A stretch of 61,183 nucleotides of DNA, filler included, from Candidatus Woesearchaeota archaeon (GTDB taxonomy: Archaea > Nanobdellota > Nanobdellia > Woesearchaeales > DATGWN01), in NCBI GenBank assembly GCA_047603125.1. It is 8 parts of 8 records of this genome, joined end to end, with 100 filler letters (N's around TTAATTAATTAA, not from the genome) between each part and the next. Parts side by side here need not be neighbours in the genome. Positions count along the whole stretch, not along the records: positions 25,474 to 33,114 come from JBLKOU010000050.1; positions 33,215 to 40,687 come from JBLKOU010000051.1; 6 more parts are not named here. One strand, 5' to 3'. The stretch's first letter is position 1. Each line of letters opens with the position of its first letter. The position numbers and the translations under genes were made by a program. The notes beneath the pieces are model-generated. The model searched no databases. It was given only the letters and a program-made list of their open reading frames with translations, and was not told the origin of the DNA. Below are positions 29,037 through 38,520 of this stretch, piece by piece.

Positions 29037-30795
29037 TTTTCTTTATAAATTGCTTCGGATCCACTTCTCTTTGAAAAAATAATCGTTCCATATCTTTTTT
29101 CAAGCTCGTCATAAAAGTTTTCATCTGCTTTTCAGATTCAAGCGGGAGTATCTTTGCAAAGTGTTTTGTAAATAAAATATTAATTGGCATAACAAACTTG
29201 CCCTCCAAATGACTATCTCTTTTTGCAAGTTGAATTTGTAAATTTTTTGTCCACGCACGCAGTCGAATTTCTTTTAAAATATCATCATATGTCTTATACC
29301 CTTTTGAAACACTCATAATTTGGTTCAAAACAACTGATTTCCCCTCCAATAATTCTTTTGTCGGTTCAAGTTTATCGGTTTGTGCATTCCAGACAAGAAG
29401 ATCTTGAAACACCGGCTCGTCTTTCCAATCTTTTAACACTTCAGTCACACGAAGAATTCTTCGCACACGTTTTTGACCGCCAGGAAGTTTAATCTGATTG
29501 GCGATAATTATAACATCCGTTACTTTAAATGAGCCAGGCGGAACACCTAAGTCGTTGACCACCCTATCATAAACCCCATACGGGCTATCACCGTGAATTG
29601 TTCCCGCAACAACATTACTCATCGCACCAACACGCATTGCTTCATACAAGACTTTTGCTTCTTTACTACGAATCTCCCCTAAAATAAGACAAGAATCTCC
29701 CAAACGCAAACTCGTACGAAGCCCAGTATCAAAGGGTAATTCAAATCCTTCTGCAGAAAGAGCAGAACGAACCTTAAGTGGAACAATATCATACCCCATT
29801 TTTTTATAAGAATCTACAGGCAACTCTTGTGTATCTTCAATAGTGATGAGTCGATACTTTGGTAAAAGCTCTAACAACAAAGCCCCAAGAACCGATGTTT
29901 TCCCCGAACCTCGAGGGCCTGCAACCAGAAACGAACGACCATGCGAGATAAGTAAACTCATAAATCCTGCAAAAATGTCATTCACCGTTTCATTTTTTAA
30001 AAACAGAGGGAGAGTCCACGGATCCTCACGATGTTTTCGAATCGAATATGCAGTTCCATACACAGAAAACGGATCCATTATCGCAGCAACTCGCGCACGT
30101 TGTTTTCCTATTTTAATTTCCCCGTCAAGTTGTGGTTGCGCTTTATTAAACGGCCTTCCCGTCGATGTTTTCAAACGCATCGACAGGTAGTTCAAAAACT
30201 CATCACTCGGATAAATATTTGAAATGCACTCATCGTATTTGGCATGAACAATACGAATAGAAGTTTTATAAGCCGGAGGGTTGACATTCACCTCGAGCAA
30301 CTGTTCGTCATAGAGCAAATATTCTAGAATACCAAAATCCCGATACCACCTATACACAATAGGACTTGAAGTTTCTCCTTCTTTTTGATATGTCTGAACA
30401 TCTCGCTCAAACTCTTCTATTTGGGTAAATGTCGCATGCATTTCTGGAATTTTCAAATAATACATATAACTAATTTCATCAGGAAGAAGATATATTTGAA
30501 CTGTAGATCCTTTCGACGTTTTATACTGCTCAATTAATTTTGAACCCTTAGGTGGATAGACAAATCGCACATCAATAAAAAAGGGTTCTAAAGAAAGTAA
30601 CGTTCCATTGCGGTCATATTCTTTTGTGAATAATCTATGTTTAATTCGTAATCTGTCAAAGGGTTTATCCAAGGCAGTGTACTCTTTTGCCAATTTTTTC
30701 ATGTCAGGCATTTTCGGTAATAAAAATTCAAAAGAAGAATATTCATCGGACTCAATTTCAAGAATTTCATTTATTTCTGCAGAATCTACCCTCAT
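29026..30795 (-). CDS. Type IV pilus assembly ATPase (VirB11/FlaI-like)
   Basis: GPRGSGKTS, TIEDTQEL, LRLGDSCLILGEIR, GTIHG. Confidence 0.92.
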   Translation of the reverse strand: MRVDSAEINEILEIESDEYSSFEFLLPKMPDMKKLAKEYTALDKPFDRLRIKHRLFTKEYDRNGTLLSLEPFFIDVRFVYPPKGSKLIEQYKTSKGSTVQIYLLPDEISYMYYLKIPEMHATFTQIEEFERDVQTYQKEGETSSPIVYRWYRDFGILEYLLYDEQLLEVNVNPPAYKTSIRIVHAKYDECISNIYPSDEFLNYLSMRLKTSTGRPFNKAQPQLDGEIKIGKQRARVAAIMDPFSVYGTAYSIRKHREDPWTLPLFLKNETVNDIFAGFMSLLISHGRSFLVAGPRGSGKTSVLGALLLELLPKYRLITIEDTQELPVDSYKKMGYDIVPLKVRSALSAEGFELPFDTGLRTSLRLGDSCLILGEIRSKEAKVLYEAMRVGAMSNVVAGTIHGDSPYGVYDRVVNDLGVPPGSFKVTDVIIIANQIKLPGGQKRVRRILRVTEVLKDWKDEPVFQDLLVWNAQTDKLEPTKELLEGKSVVLNQIMSVSKGYKTYDDILKEIRLRAWTKNLQIQLAKRDSHLEGKFVMPINILFTKHFAKILPLESEKQMKTFMTSLKKDMERLFFQREVDPKQFIKKNDS

Positions 30796-30887
30796 AAATA
30801 GTTTTTTGATAAATTAATTAATAAAACATACTGACCACTTTAAAATAGTTACGTATGTTTATATAAGAAGGCAATTCATAACATCCT

Positions 30888-31358
30888 ATGAATTACAAGA
30901 ATTTTTTTGCTCCAAAAAAAGAAACATTCGACATAAAAAGTGTTACAAATGTCTTAAATGTTCCCATAGATTTAATCAATCTCAAACTTGCTGCAACTCA
31001 AGGATACGGCGTTGAACAATTTCAGGAAAATATTACAAATCAAATTCAACTTATTCACGAAAAAATAGAACAATTAAAAGAAACCATGCAATTATTTGAA
31101 GCAGAAGTTTCTAAATTACTTGCTGAAGACAGAAAGTTAATTATTCAAAATGTTTACCAATACAATCAAAAAATTAAACAACTTCTCATAGATACAACAC
31201 AAGCATTCTCTTTTTCAGTTCAAGAGATAGAAAAACTGCGAAAAGAAGTCGAAAAAGAACTTTCAATAATGCATAAAATTTCTGTTGAACTTATCACCTT
31301 TAATAAAGAAATTGTGACAATTCTTCGCCAACGAGCACAACAACCTACCACCGCATAG
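30888..31358 (+). CDS. Coiled-coil protein (paralogue of 25651..26235)
   Basis: Aligns over about 130 aa with 25651..26235. Confidence 0.7.
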   Translation: MNYKNFFAPKKETFDIKSVTNVLNVPIDLINLKLAATQGYGVEQFQENITNQIQLIHEKIEQLKETMQLFEAEVSKLLAEDRKLIIQNVYQYNQKIKQLLIDTTQAFSFSVQEIEKLRKEVEKELSIMHKISVELITFNKEIVTILRQRAQQPTTA

Positions 31359-31392
31359 GTAAATTTTTCATTAGTATTACACTAACTCATCA

Positions 31393-31470
31393 TTTTCTGG
31401 GTTTGAAAAGCTTGTATTTTTCAATTAGCTTCAAGCAAGGAATGTTTGTCATTCTAGAAAAATAATGCAT
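31393..31470 (+). repeat. Partial copy of the structured element at 58351-58550
   Basis: TTTTCTGGGTTTGAAAA..TTTTTCAATTAGCT..AGCA..GAA..TTTGT.ATT shared. Confidence 0.65.
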
Positions 31471-31479
31471 TAAATGAAA

Positions 31480-33114
31480 CTAACTCGTTTGTGTATCGCC
31501 AGGACACGCGTTAGGATGCATACACTTATCAAGTGAAACACAACATTCTTTATTACCAGTACAGGCAAATGACGCTACATGCCTATTCAACCCCTCTTGC
31601 ATCTCGCACGAATATGTTTCACAACCACCATCAGTAACCAGCGGATCTGAATTTTTTTGAGCACTACATGTCCCATCAGAACAATATGTTAAACAACCAT
31701 TATCATTATTACAAACAAATTGTTCACTAGCAGGTATGTTTCTTCGCACACCATTAAAACACTCTTCGCAAGTATCCCCAATTCTATCATTTGGCGCATT
31801 TTCGACTTTCCCTTGGGAATTACATCTTTTACACTCACCAACATCAGCCAACCGATTTGCTTGACATAGTATGGAACCTTCGTGACACATGAATGAACCA
31901 TCAGTACATTGCATATCAAATTCTTGATTATTAACACAGTACTGTTTCACATCATTTGATGAAGGGCTCCCAACCTGATACCTAGGCGTACCTGTCACAA
32001 ATGTTAATTCTCCCGAGTTGTCACAATGAAGCCTATGACAGGAAAGAACCTTTCCACCATCACCAATTTGCGAAGGACTCAATCCCGCTAAATTTTGTAA
32101 TCGAGAAGTATACTCTCCTGTAGGCGCAGTAGGCTCTCTATTTCGCTCCGGAACTAGACCAAGAACGCCGTCCTGACAAGAAAATCGTGATGAAGAATCA
32201 CAAATATCTCCATTTAAGGCCTGTTTTAATGATGCTCCAAACGCAATGCTCACACCATCACTATCTTTATTTTCGCAGACAGCGTTTCCATTCTCATCAC
32301 AAAAAACTTGCATACATGCAGTATGACGTTTAGTACTCGCGTCAAAATTATTAACAAAATTACCGTCACAAACATCTCGTATTACATTTGTATCAGTAAT
32401 TACACCCGTTCTTGGAATACATTGAACTGTTCCATCAGCAGCACATACCGGTGTTTGACAAACAGTACACCCATGATCTAATTGAGCTATTCCCGATAAA
32501 TCCCTTCCTGTTTTTACAATACATGCACCGTCAGTACAGTCATATTCTAAACATTGCAATACTTGTCCTTGTGCGTTTTTAAAATTAGTAAACGGTCCAC
32601 ACTCACGTCTAATAGTTGGCTCATCCGGAATTGTTGCAACAAGTTGACAAATCCACTCATTCGACGATTCATCACAATTTTGAGTTATACAAGCAAGCAA
32701 CGTATTTTCATCATCAAAATGACTGAGCAACTCATCATAATTACTACACCGACCATCAAGCTCACAAGTAGATAAATCCGGATCCGGATCTTCTGCTTCA
32801 CCTGGACCATCACATGCCAAATTAACAAGTATTAAACAATTTTCATAGGAGATAACTGAGTTTCTACTACAAAAATCTGCTCTATTCGCACACATATTTC
32901 CATCAAAATCAGGACCTGTAGGACCATCACTTGGACCTTCCACTTCTCCAGGACCAGGAATCGGACCTTCTCCAACACCAGGACCTGTACCTTCGCCAGG
33001 ACCCGTACCATCACCATCACCAATGCCGTCGCCATCGCCAGTGCCGTCGCCAGTACCAGTGCCAGTACCAGTGCCAGTGCCAGTGCCAGTGCCAGTACCA
33101 GTGCCAGTGCCAGT
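31480..33114 (-). CDS. Large Cys-rich extracellular protein with Thr-Gly/Gly-Asp linker, 5'-truncated
   Basis: Frame open to contig end; dozens of Cys; (TG)n then GDGDG and GPG repeats. Confidence 0.75.
   Translation of the reverse strand, partial: TGTGTGTGTGTGTGTGTGTGTGDGTGDGDGIGDGDGTGPGEGTGPGVGEGPIPGPGEVEGPSDGPTGPDFDGNMCANRADFCSRNSVISYENCLILVNLACDGPGEAEDPDPDLSTCELDGRCSNYDELLSHFDDENTLLACITQNCDESSNEWICQLVATIPDEPTIRRECGPFTNFKNAQGQVLQCLEYDCTDGACIVKTGRDLSGIAQLDHGCTVCQTPVCAADGTVQCIPRTGVITDTNVIRDVCDGNFVNNFDASTKRHTACMQVFCDENGNAVCENKDSDGVSIAFGASLKQALNGDICDSSSRFSCQDGVLGLVPERNREPTAPTGEYTSRLQNLAGLSPSQIGDGGKVLSCHRLHCDNSGELTFVTGTPRYQVGSPSSNDVKQYCVNNQEFDMQCTDGSFMCHEGSILCQANRLADVGECKRCNSQGKVENAPNDRIGDTCEECFNGVRRNIPASEQFVCNNDNGCLTYCSDGTCSAQKNSDPLVTDGGCETYSCEMQEGLNRHVASFACTGNKECCVSLDKCMHPNACPGDTQTS
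33000..33114. repeat. Hexamer tandem repeat (GTGCCA/GTACCA)n encoding Thr-Gly
   Basis: Directly visible; likely cause of the contig break. Confidence 0.85.
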
Positions 33115-33215
33115 NNNNNNNNNNNNNNNNNNNNNNNNNNNNNNNNNNNNNNNNNNNNTTAATTAATTAANNNNNNNNNNNNNNNNNNNNNNNNNNNNNN
33201 NNNNNNNNNNNNNNA

Positions 33216-33288
33216 TGAGCCCGCCCGGATTCGAACCGGGAACATCCGCCTTGTAAGGGCAGCGTTATAACCGTTAAACCACGGGCTC
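33216..33288 (-). tRNA. trnV: tRNA-Val(TAC)
   Basis: Acceptor GAGCCCG/CGGGCTC, anticodon arm CTGCC-CTTACAA-GGCGG, T-loop GGTTCGAATCC. Confidence 0.95.
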
Positions 33289-33397
33289 CTATAATCGTTG
33301 TCATAATACCCTCTTTATAAATCTTTTTATCAAACTTTGATAATTTATAAAAAATTATATAAACCATTTTTCCAAAAGTTACACAATAGATGAAACA

Positions 33398-34633
33398 ATG
33401 ATACAAAAACTTTATCTCGTACTCGTCCTTGTTTTAATGAGTGCAATTGCAGTAAGCGCGCAAGTAAGTGAGCGCGAAGAAGTATTTGCACAACTTTTAC
33501 AAGAACGACTCGAAACAGCACTTGAGCACATGGAGCTTGTCAGCCAACGACTCAATGACTCTCAAATTGTGCAACCATACATGGAACGAATACGTACACT
33601 ACATAGCCAAATTGAACCAGGCGTCACTGAACATGAACAACTGATTTCTACTCGAGATCAAGCAACACAAACGGTTCAAATGTTTCGTGAAGCAGTGCAT
33701 GAGCAATTACAAGAAGAGCGAAGAGAACAAATTCGCGCAGAACTTGCAACACGCAAAGAACAAGCACATGAGCGAATTCGCCAAAGACTGCGAGAATACA
33801 ATGAGCGAGTACTTGAACGACTTCCACTTCGAGAAGAAGCACAAACACAGCGTGAACAAGTCGCACAAACACTTCGAGAAGCTCTCACTAATAGAGAACA
33901 GCTCCGTCGAACACTTGCACAGCAACAACATCTCATAGATAAAGAACTCTTACAAGAACGAAGAGAACTCATTCAAGAGCGAATTGCATACATGCAAGAA
34001 CAAGCTAACGAAACTGGTCGAGAATTATCCACATATATCCGAGAGCTTCAATCTGCAACGCGTGAACAACTTCAAGAAAAACGAGAGCAAATTATGCCTG
34101 AACGTGAGGATGAAGATGATGAATTAGCAAATGAGCAAGTTAGAAGATGTCCGGCAGCTGGTGCATGTGTTGAATTTGTTGGTGCAGATTCTTGTCCAGA
34201 AGCTGGTTTGCCATCTACGCACGGAGTTGCAAATCAATATGTTTGTTTAACAAATGGACAAGTTGATAATACGCAAGTTTGTTGTGTTCCTATGTCCGAA
34301 AGAGACTCAGAAGCTCCTGAAGAAAACAAAAGAGATTTATCTACATGTGAGAGTCGTGGTGGAGCTTGTGTTCGCCAAAATACTTGTGACGGAACTGTTT
34401 CAAGCGCAAGTTGTCCTGAAGATACCCAAGAATGTTGTTTGAGCGGGAGTACTATCAAGGATCGGATTGGTGATTCTGGAAATTTTCAAGAAGGTGTGAG
34501 TAATTGTAACACGGTCTGTACCAATTCAGTTCAAGAATGTCGCTCAGAAGGATATGAAAGTGGTGTTCCAATGACTTGTTCAATTGATGAAGACGCACGA
34601 GGATCGTATTGTTGCGTTTTACCTACAGGATAG
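33398..34633 (+). CDS. Secreted coiled-coil protein with three C-terminal 6-Cys modules
   Basis: Signal peptide; E/Q/R-rich helical stalk; modules ending in CC. Confidence 0.75.
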   Translation: MIQKLYLVLVLVLMSAIAVSAQVSEREEVFAQLLQERLETALEHMELVSQRLNDSQIVQPYMERIRTLHSQIEPGVTEHEQLISTRDQATQTVQMFREAVHEQLQEERREQIRAELATRKEQAHERIRQRLREYNERVLERLPLREEAQTQREQVAQTLREALTNREQLRRTLAQQQHLIDKELLQERRELIQERIAYMQEQANETGRELSTYIRELQSATREQLQEKREQIMPEREDEDDELANEQVRRCPAAGACVEFVGADSCPEAGLPSTHGVANQYVCLTNGQVDNTQVCCVPMSERDSEAPEENKRDLSTCESRGGACVRQNTCDGTVSSASCPEDTQECCLSGSTIKDRIGDSGNFQEGVSNCNTVCTNSVQECRSEGYESGVPMTCSIDEDARGSYCCVLPTG

Positions 34634-34670
34634 AAAAATGAAAACAAAAAAACAACCAGTAAATATAACG

Positions 34671-34916
34671 ATGATGTATAAAACAATATGTCTTCTTCTC
34701 TTAGCAGGATTTCTTGTTGCGTGTGACACACCGCAGGAAGTACCAATTATTGATGAACAAACAGTCGTTGATGATGAGATGATTCCAGATGCAAATGGAC
34801 AACCAGTTGTAGAGGATGAACTTCCCGAAGTTGACCCGTCACAAGATGAAGTTGATCAAGAATTATATGAAGACTTTATTACTGAAGACGAATACGACAT
34901 TGGAGATGTCATCTAA
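34671..34916 (+). CDS. Small acidic lipoprotein
   Basis: Lipobox LVAC; D/E-rich. Confidence 0.6.
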   Translation: MMYKTICLLLLAGFLVACDTPQEVPIIDEQTVVDDEMIPDANGQPVVEDELPEVDPSQDEVDQELYEDFITEDEYDIGDVI

Positions 34917-34943
34917 TTTTTTTCTTTTTTCTTCCTTTTTTTC

Positions 34944-35095
34944 GGCTTCATCCAAAAATTGTTTTTCAAAAAGAGCACGCAGATTTTGCTCAAGAGTCCC
35001 ACTTTGAGAATAGTGCAAAAATTTAGCTGCATGAATCGCTAAATTTTCTGATCTGGCTGCAAGGTGCTCTTTTATCTTATTTTTTGGATGAAGCC
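34944..35095 (+). mobile_element. MITE type B copy 3 with 9-bp target-site duplication
   Basis: TIR GGCTTCATCCAAAAA/TTTTTGGATGAAGCC; CTTTTTTTC at 34935-34943 and 35096-35104. Confidence 0.8.
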
Positions 35096-35139
35096 CTTTT
35101 TTTCTAAAAGTTAATAAATACAAAAAATATACAATCATT

Positions 35140-35661
35140 ATGGCCTTTTCCTATAAACGCGTGCTGGCACTGCTCAATGTGTTTTTCCTCCTATTCTTGG
35201 GCATAGTTGCATTTGTCTGGCCAACAGAAAGTCTGGCAATCTTTGTTTATGGTATTGCGCTACTTCTCTTCTCAGGTGCAATTTCACTATTAAGTGCAGG
35301 ATTGTATGCAAGAAAATTTGGATTCTCATATGCATATCCACTCAGTATCAGTATTGTTAATATAATCCTTGCAATACTCTTAATTGTTTTTGTTGACGTC
35401 TTTACACAAGTTATCTTTATTCTTATCACTGCATTTTTTCTTCTTATCGCACTTGCACTCATGGGAATTGCGGTGTTTCGACTCATACAAAAACGTTTTT
35501 CACCAGCTCATATTTGGCAGATTCTTATCTCACTTCTCTTTTTTACAGCTGGCTTTCTTATAATCACAAACCCTTTTGATTCAACACAAATACTTATACG
35601 TATAATTGGCGGGTGTATAATACTCTTTACACTAACCTTTTTTCTACGCCTTTTGCGCTAA
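35140..35661 (+). CDS. HdeD/DUF308-family membrane protein
   Basis: Six TM helices in repeated three-helix pattern with P motifs. Confidence 0.65.
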   Translation: MAFSYKRVLALLNVFFLLFLGIVAFVWPTESLAIFVYGIALLLFSGAISLLSAGLYARKFGFSYAYPLSISIVNIILAILLIVFVDVFTQVIFILITAFFLLIALALMGIAVFRLIQKRFSPAHIWQILISLLFFTAGFLIITNPFDSTQILIRIIGGCIILFTLTFFLRLLR

Positions 35662-36656
35662 TCATTTTGAAGATATTCTTGTTCATACATATACCATAAT
35701 GTGAAGAAATAGGATAAAATGAGTGGCCCGATTATAATTCCAAGAATACCAAAAAATTGCAGTCCCATAAAAACCCCAAGAAGCGTAATGAGCGGATGAA
35801 TTTTACCAACACGCTCACTTAAGATTGGACGCAACACATTATCAACATTACTCAAAATTAACCCCCAAATAATAAGAAAAATTGCCATCCCAGTATTGTC
35901 TGTAACAAACAAAAACACACTTGCTGGAATCCATAGCAAAAATGGGCCTACAACGGGTAAAAACGAAAGTAATGCACCTAAGAGTCCCCAAAACACCCAG
36001 CCATCAAAACCTGCAATCCAAAAACCCAAACCAAGTAATAACCCCTGCAACACCGCAATTGTTCCGCTACTAATAATGAGTGCATTTGTCACCGTTGCAA
36101 ATTTTTCAAGTAATTTTTGAGAATTTACTTTTGAAAACGGGACAAATTCAATAAAAAACTGTCGTAATGATTTTTGATTTCCTAACAAATAATATAAGAG
36201 AAAATACATAATGGTTATATTCAATAACAATTTTGTTGCGTTGCCAACAATATTTAAGAGTTGCTGTTGTATGTAAACAGCCATATTTGCAAGAATAGAT
36301 TCTGCTTCTTGAGTGAGATTAAACTCTGCTAACAATTCAACAAACCCTTCGAGCATATTAAAAATAACTTCGCGCTTTTCTAAGACAGTAAACGCCTGAT
36401 TTGCTGCAATCGTTCCAATGGTAATTAGTGGAAGTAAAATAATGAGTGCAGAAAGAACCATAATAACCGCTGCACTTGCAGCGCTATTCCATTTTCTTTT
36501 GCGAACCAGATAATTATATGGACCCTTTGTTAAAACAAAAAGAATTAATGCTGAAAAAATCGCAGTCAAAAAGTCGCTCATCGCATATAAAACAAACGCG
36601 GTCAATACGACAATTATTACTGTTGCTATTTTTTTTCTATGTGCATGCGTGTGCAT
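35658..36656 (-). CDS. AI-2E family transporter
   Basis: SFLPVVGP, DNVLRP, HPLITLLGVFMG...FGILGIIIGP. Confidence 0.9.
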   Translation of the reverse strand: MHTHAHRKKIATVIIVVLTAFVLYAMSDFLTAIFSALILFVLTKGPYNYLVRKRKWNSAASAAVIMVLSALIILLPLITIGTIAANQAFTVLEKREVIFNMLEGFVELLAEFNLTQEAESILANMAVYIQQQLLNIVGNATKLLLNITIMYFLLYYLLGNQKSLRQFFIEFVPFSKVNSQKLLEKFATVTNALIISSGTIAVLQGLLLGLGFWIAGFDGWVFWGLLGALLSFLPVVGPFLLWIPASVFLFVTDNTGMAIFLIIWGLILSNVDNVLRPILSERVGKIHPLITLLGVFMGLQFFGILGIIIGPLILSYFFTLWYMYEQEYLQND

Positions 36657-36698
36657 ATGTGCTACTGATAAGTTTTCCTTTAAATAATGTTTGGAAGA

Positions 36699-38066
36699 TT
36701 AAAACGTGCTCAATCCACTCCATTCTTGGAATCGATAAAGCCAATACAAAAACAAACGTGAATCCTCATATGCCTCATATTCAAGAGTAAATGGATAAAT
36801 TGTGAGAAAATAGTGCTCAACGTCTCGTGAAATCGCACTATCTATCGGCGCTAAAATACGCACATTTGTTTCAAGATTAAAGTCGCCAATATTTCTTCTT
36901 GTAAAATTTGCAGAACCGCCATGTATAATAACAACGTCATTTGTGCGAATAACCAGCATTTTACTATGAAACTGCTCACCCTGTGTATCATACCAGCGAA
37001 CCTTGATATTTTCACTATAATTTTGCAATTCATGTGCTACTTGTCTATTTGGAACACCATTTTTTTCTCGGCCAAATGCATCTTTACTTGGATCTAACAC
37101 AATAGTAACAAGAACCCCCCTATCTGCAGCTCGCTTGAGTGCACGAACAATATGTCTATCTGAAAAATAAAACATCGCCATATTAATTCTGTCTCCTGCA
37201 ACCGTTGCGTCTATATCAAAAACTAAGGATTCTCTAATTTTTCCCTCTGTGAGAAGTTGCACACCAATCTCACCTTGTGTTTGTGTTGGCGAGGGTATTT
37301 CAATGTCTATTGGTGCAATTGCAGCCTCTGTTTTTAGCACATGGTAGGCAAACGCATCACTTTTTATCTGAAAGCCAATATTTGAGTGTAAACTACTTGG
37401 ATTATGTGGATTTGCAGAAAGAATAAATGAAGTATAGGTGTCTTGATAATCCATCACTGCAACTTTACGATGGTTTGCTTGAAAGTTTAATAGCGAGAGA
37501 AACGACCTTGCAGTAACTTTTTGATCAGGATCGCCAAAAGGATGCGAAATCCACCCCGAACCTTGTTTTGGAATCCATTGCAAGAAAGGATAATAGAGTG
37601 TGCTCCAGAGTAAATTACTTGGACGCAGTTGACTATGAACCGTAAAATAAACCTGTACATCTTGCTCAATAGCTTGATCGATAAGGGGCATAGAATGCGA
37701 ATGGTAAAACGTATTAAGTGGATCAGTTATAAGAATAGTCGTAGGTGGCCCGTCTTTTAAGTGAGCAAATAGCTGCTGGGTTACTGGAAGATAATCCGGA
37801 TTGGGATCATAATTTGTACTAAGTAAAAACATATCTGTAAGTAAAAATTGCTCCGATGTATTCATATATGTGAATAATGTCTGAAAAATCTCATGATCCA
37901 TTGTTTGATTATGGGTGATATCTGATAAAAACCGTATTTGAGAATCATTGACATAGATGGCAGGACTTTGATAGGAAACATTTTCTGCAAGCGGCTGAAA
38001 AGCCAAAAAACAGGCATGCAAAATAAGTAAGCTTACTATTGTCCAAAACCACGGGAATTTATTCAT
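36699..38066 (-). CDS. Phospholipase D-family protein
   Basis: NHRKVAVMD..SANPH and FHSKM...GGSANFT. Confidence 0.88.
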   Translation of the reverse strand: MNKFPWFWTIVSLLILHACFLAFQPLAENVSYQSPAIYVNDSQIRFLSDITHNQTMDHEIFQTLFTYMNTSEQFLLTDMFLLSTNYDPNPDYLPVTQQLFAHLKDGPPTTILITDPLNTFYHSHSMPLIDQAIEQDVQVYFTVHSQLRPSNLLWSTLYYPFLQWIPKQGSGWISHPFGDPDQKVTARSFLSLLNFQANHRKVAVMDYQDTYTSFILSANPHNPSSLHSNIGFQIKSDAFAYHVLKTEAAIAPIDIEIPSPTQTQGEIGVQLLTEGKIRESLVFDIDATVAGDRINMAMFYFSDRHIVRALKRAADRGVLVTIVLDPSKDAFGREKNGVPNRQVAHELQNYSENIKVRWYDTQGEQFHSKMLVIRTNDVVIIHGGSANFTRRNIGDFNLETNVRILAPIDSAISRDVEHYFLTIYPFTLEYEAYEDSRLFLYWLYRFQEWSGLSTF

Positions 38067-38119
38067 AGATTAATCTTTAATTGAGAAACTTTTTAAAGTG
38101 TTTGGTTTGTCACACACGT

Positions 38120-38409
38120 ATGCCGTCGTCGCATACGCGCAGATGTCTCTCATCTTCGGTCGCGCCGTCGTCATTCATTAGCATTTATGCCGTCGTCGCA
38201 TAATCAATGGCAACCTTCAAAAAGGATTGAACATTTACTACCATTCGCAAACCGCTCATGGCGTGGTTTGTTTTCATACATTAAATTTATGCCGTCGTCG
38301 CATAATCAATGGCAACCTTCAAAAAGGATTGAACATTTACTACCATTCGCAAACTGCTCATGGCGTGGTTTGTTTTCATACATTAAATTTATGCCGTCGT
38401 CGCATAATC
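38120..38409 (+). repeat. Tandem copies of the tRNA-Ser 5' end; 102-bp tandem repeat
   Basis: ATGCCGTCGTCGCATA at 38120, 38187, 38289, 38391 and GCCGTCGTC at 38164; the two 102-bp units differ by 1 nt. Confidence 0.9.
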
Positions 38410-38520
38410 TGGTATTGCGCCGGTCTTGAAAATCGTGAAGTACCTTCACGTGTGCTTTATTTGGCACAATCAAGCAAACCGGTCCCTTAGGGATTCCCGG
38501 TTCAAATCCGGGCGGCGGCG
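38393..38520 (+). tRNA. trnS: tRNA-Ser(TGA) with 46-nt intron (38431-38476) at position 37/38
   Basis: Acceptor GCCGTCG/CGGCGGC, long variable arm, T-arm; bulge-helix-bulge with CTTG/CAAG helix and AAA/CAA bulges. Confidence 0.93.

Noticed and set aside
32931..33170. Gln-Cys repeat ORF on the + strand
   Set aside because: Antisense shadow of the Thr-Gly hexamer repeat.
38120..38409. Possible CRISPR or TIGR-like array
   Set aside because: The repeat is the tRNA 5' end, the two long spacers are near-identical, there are no cas genes, and no periodic box C/D units.
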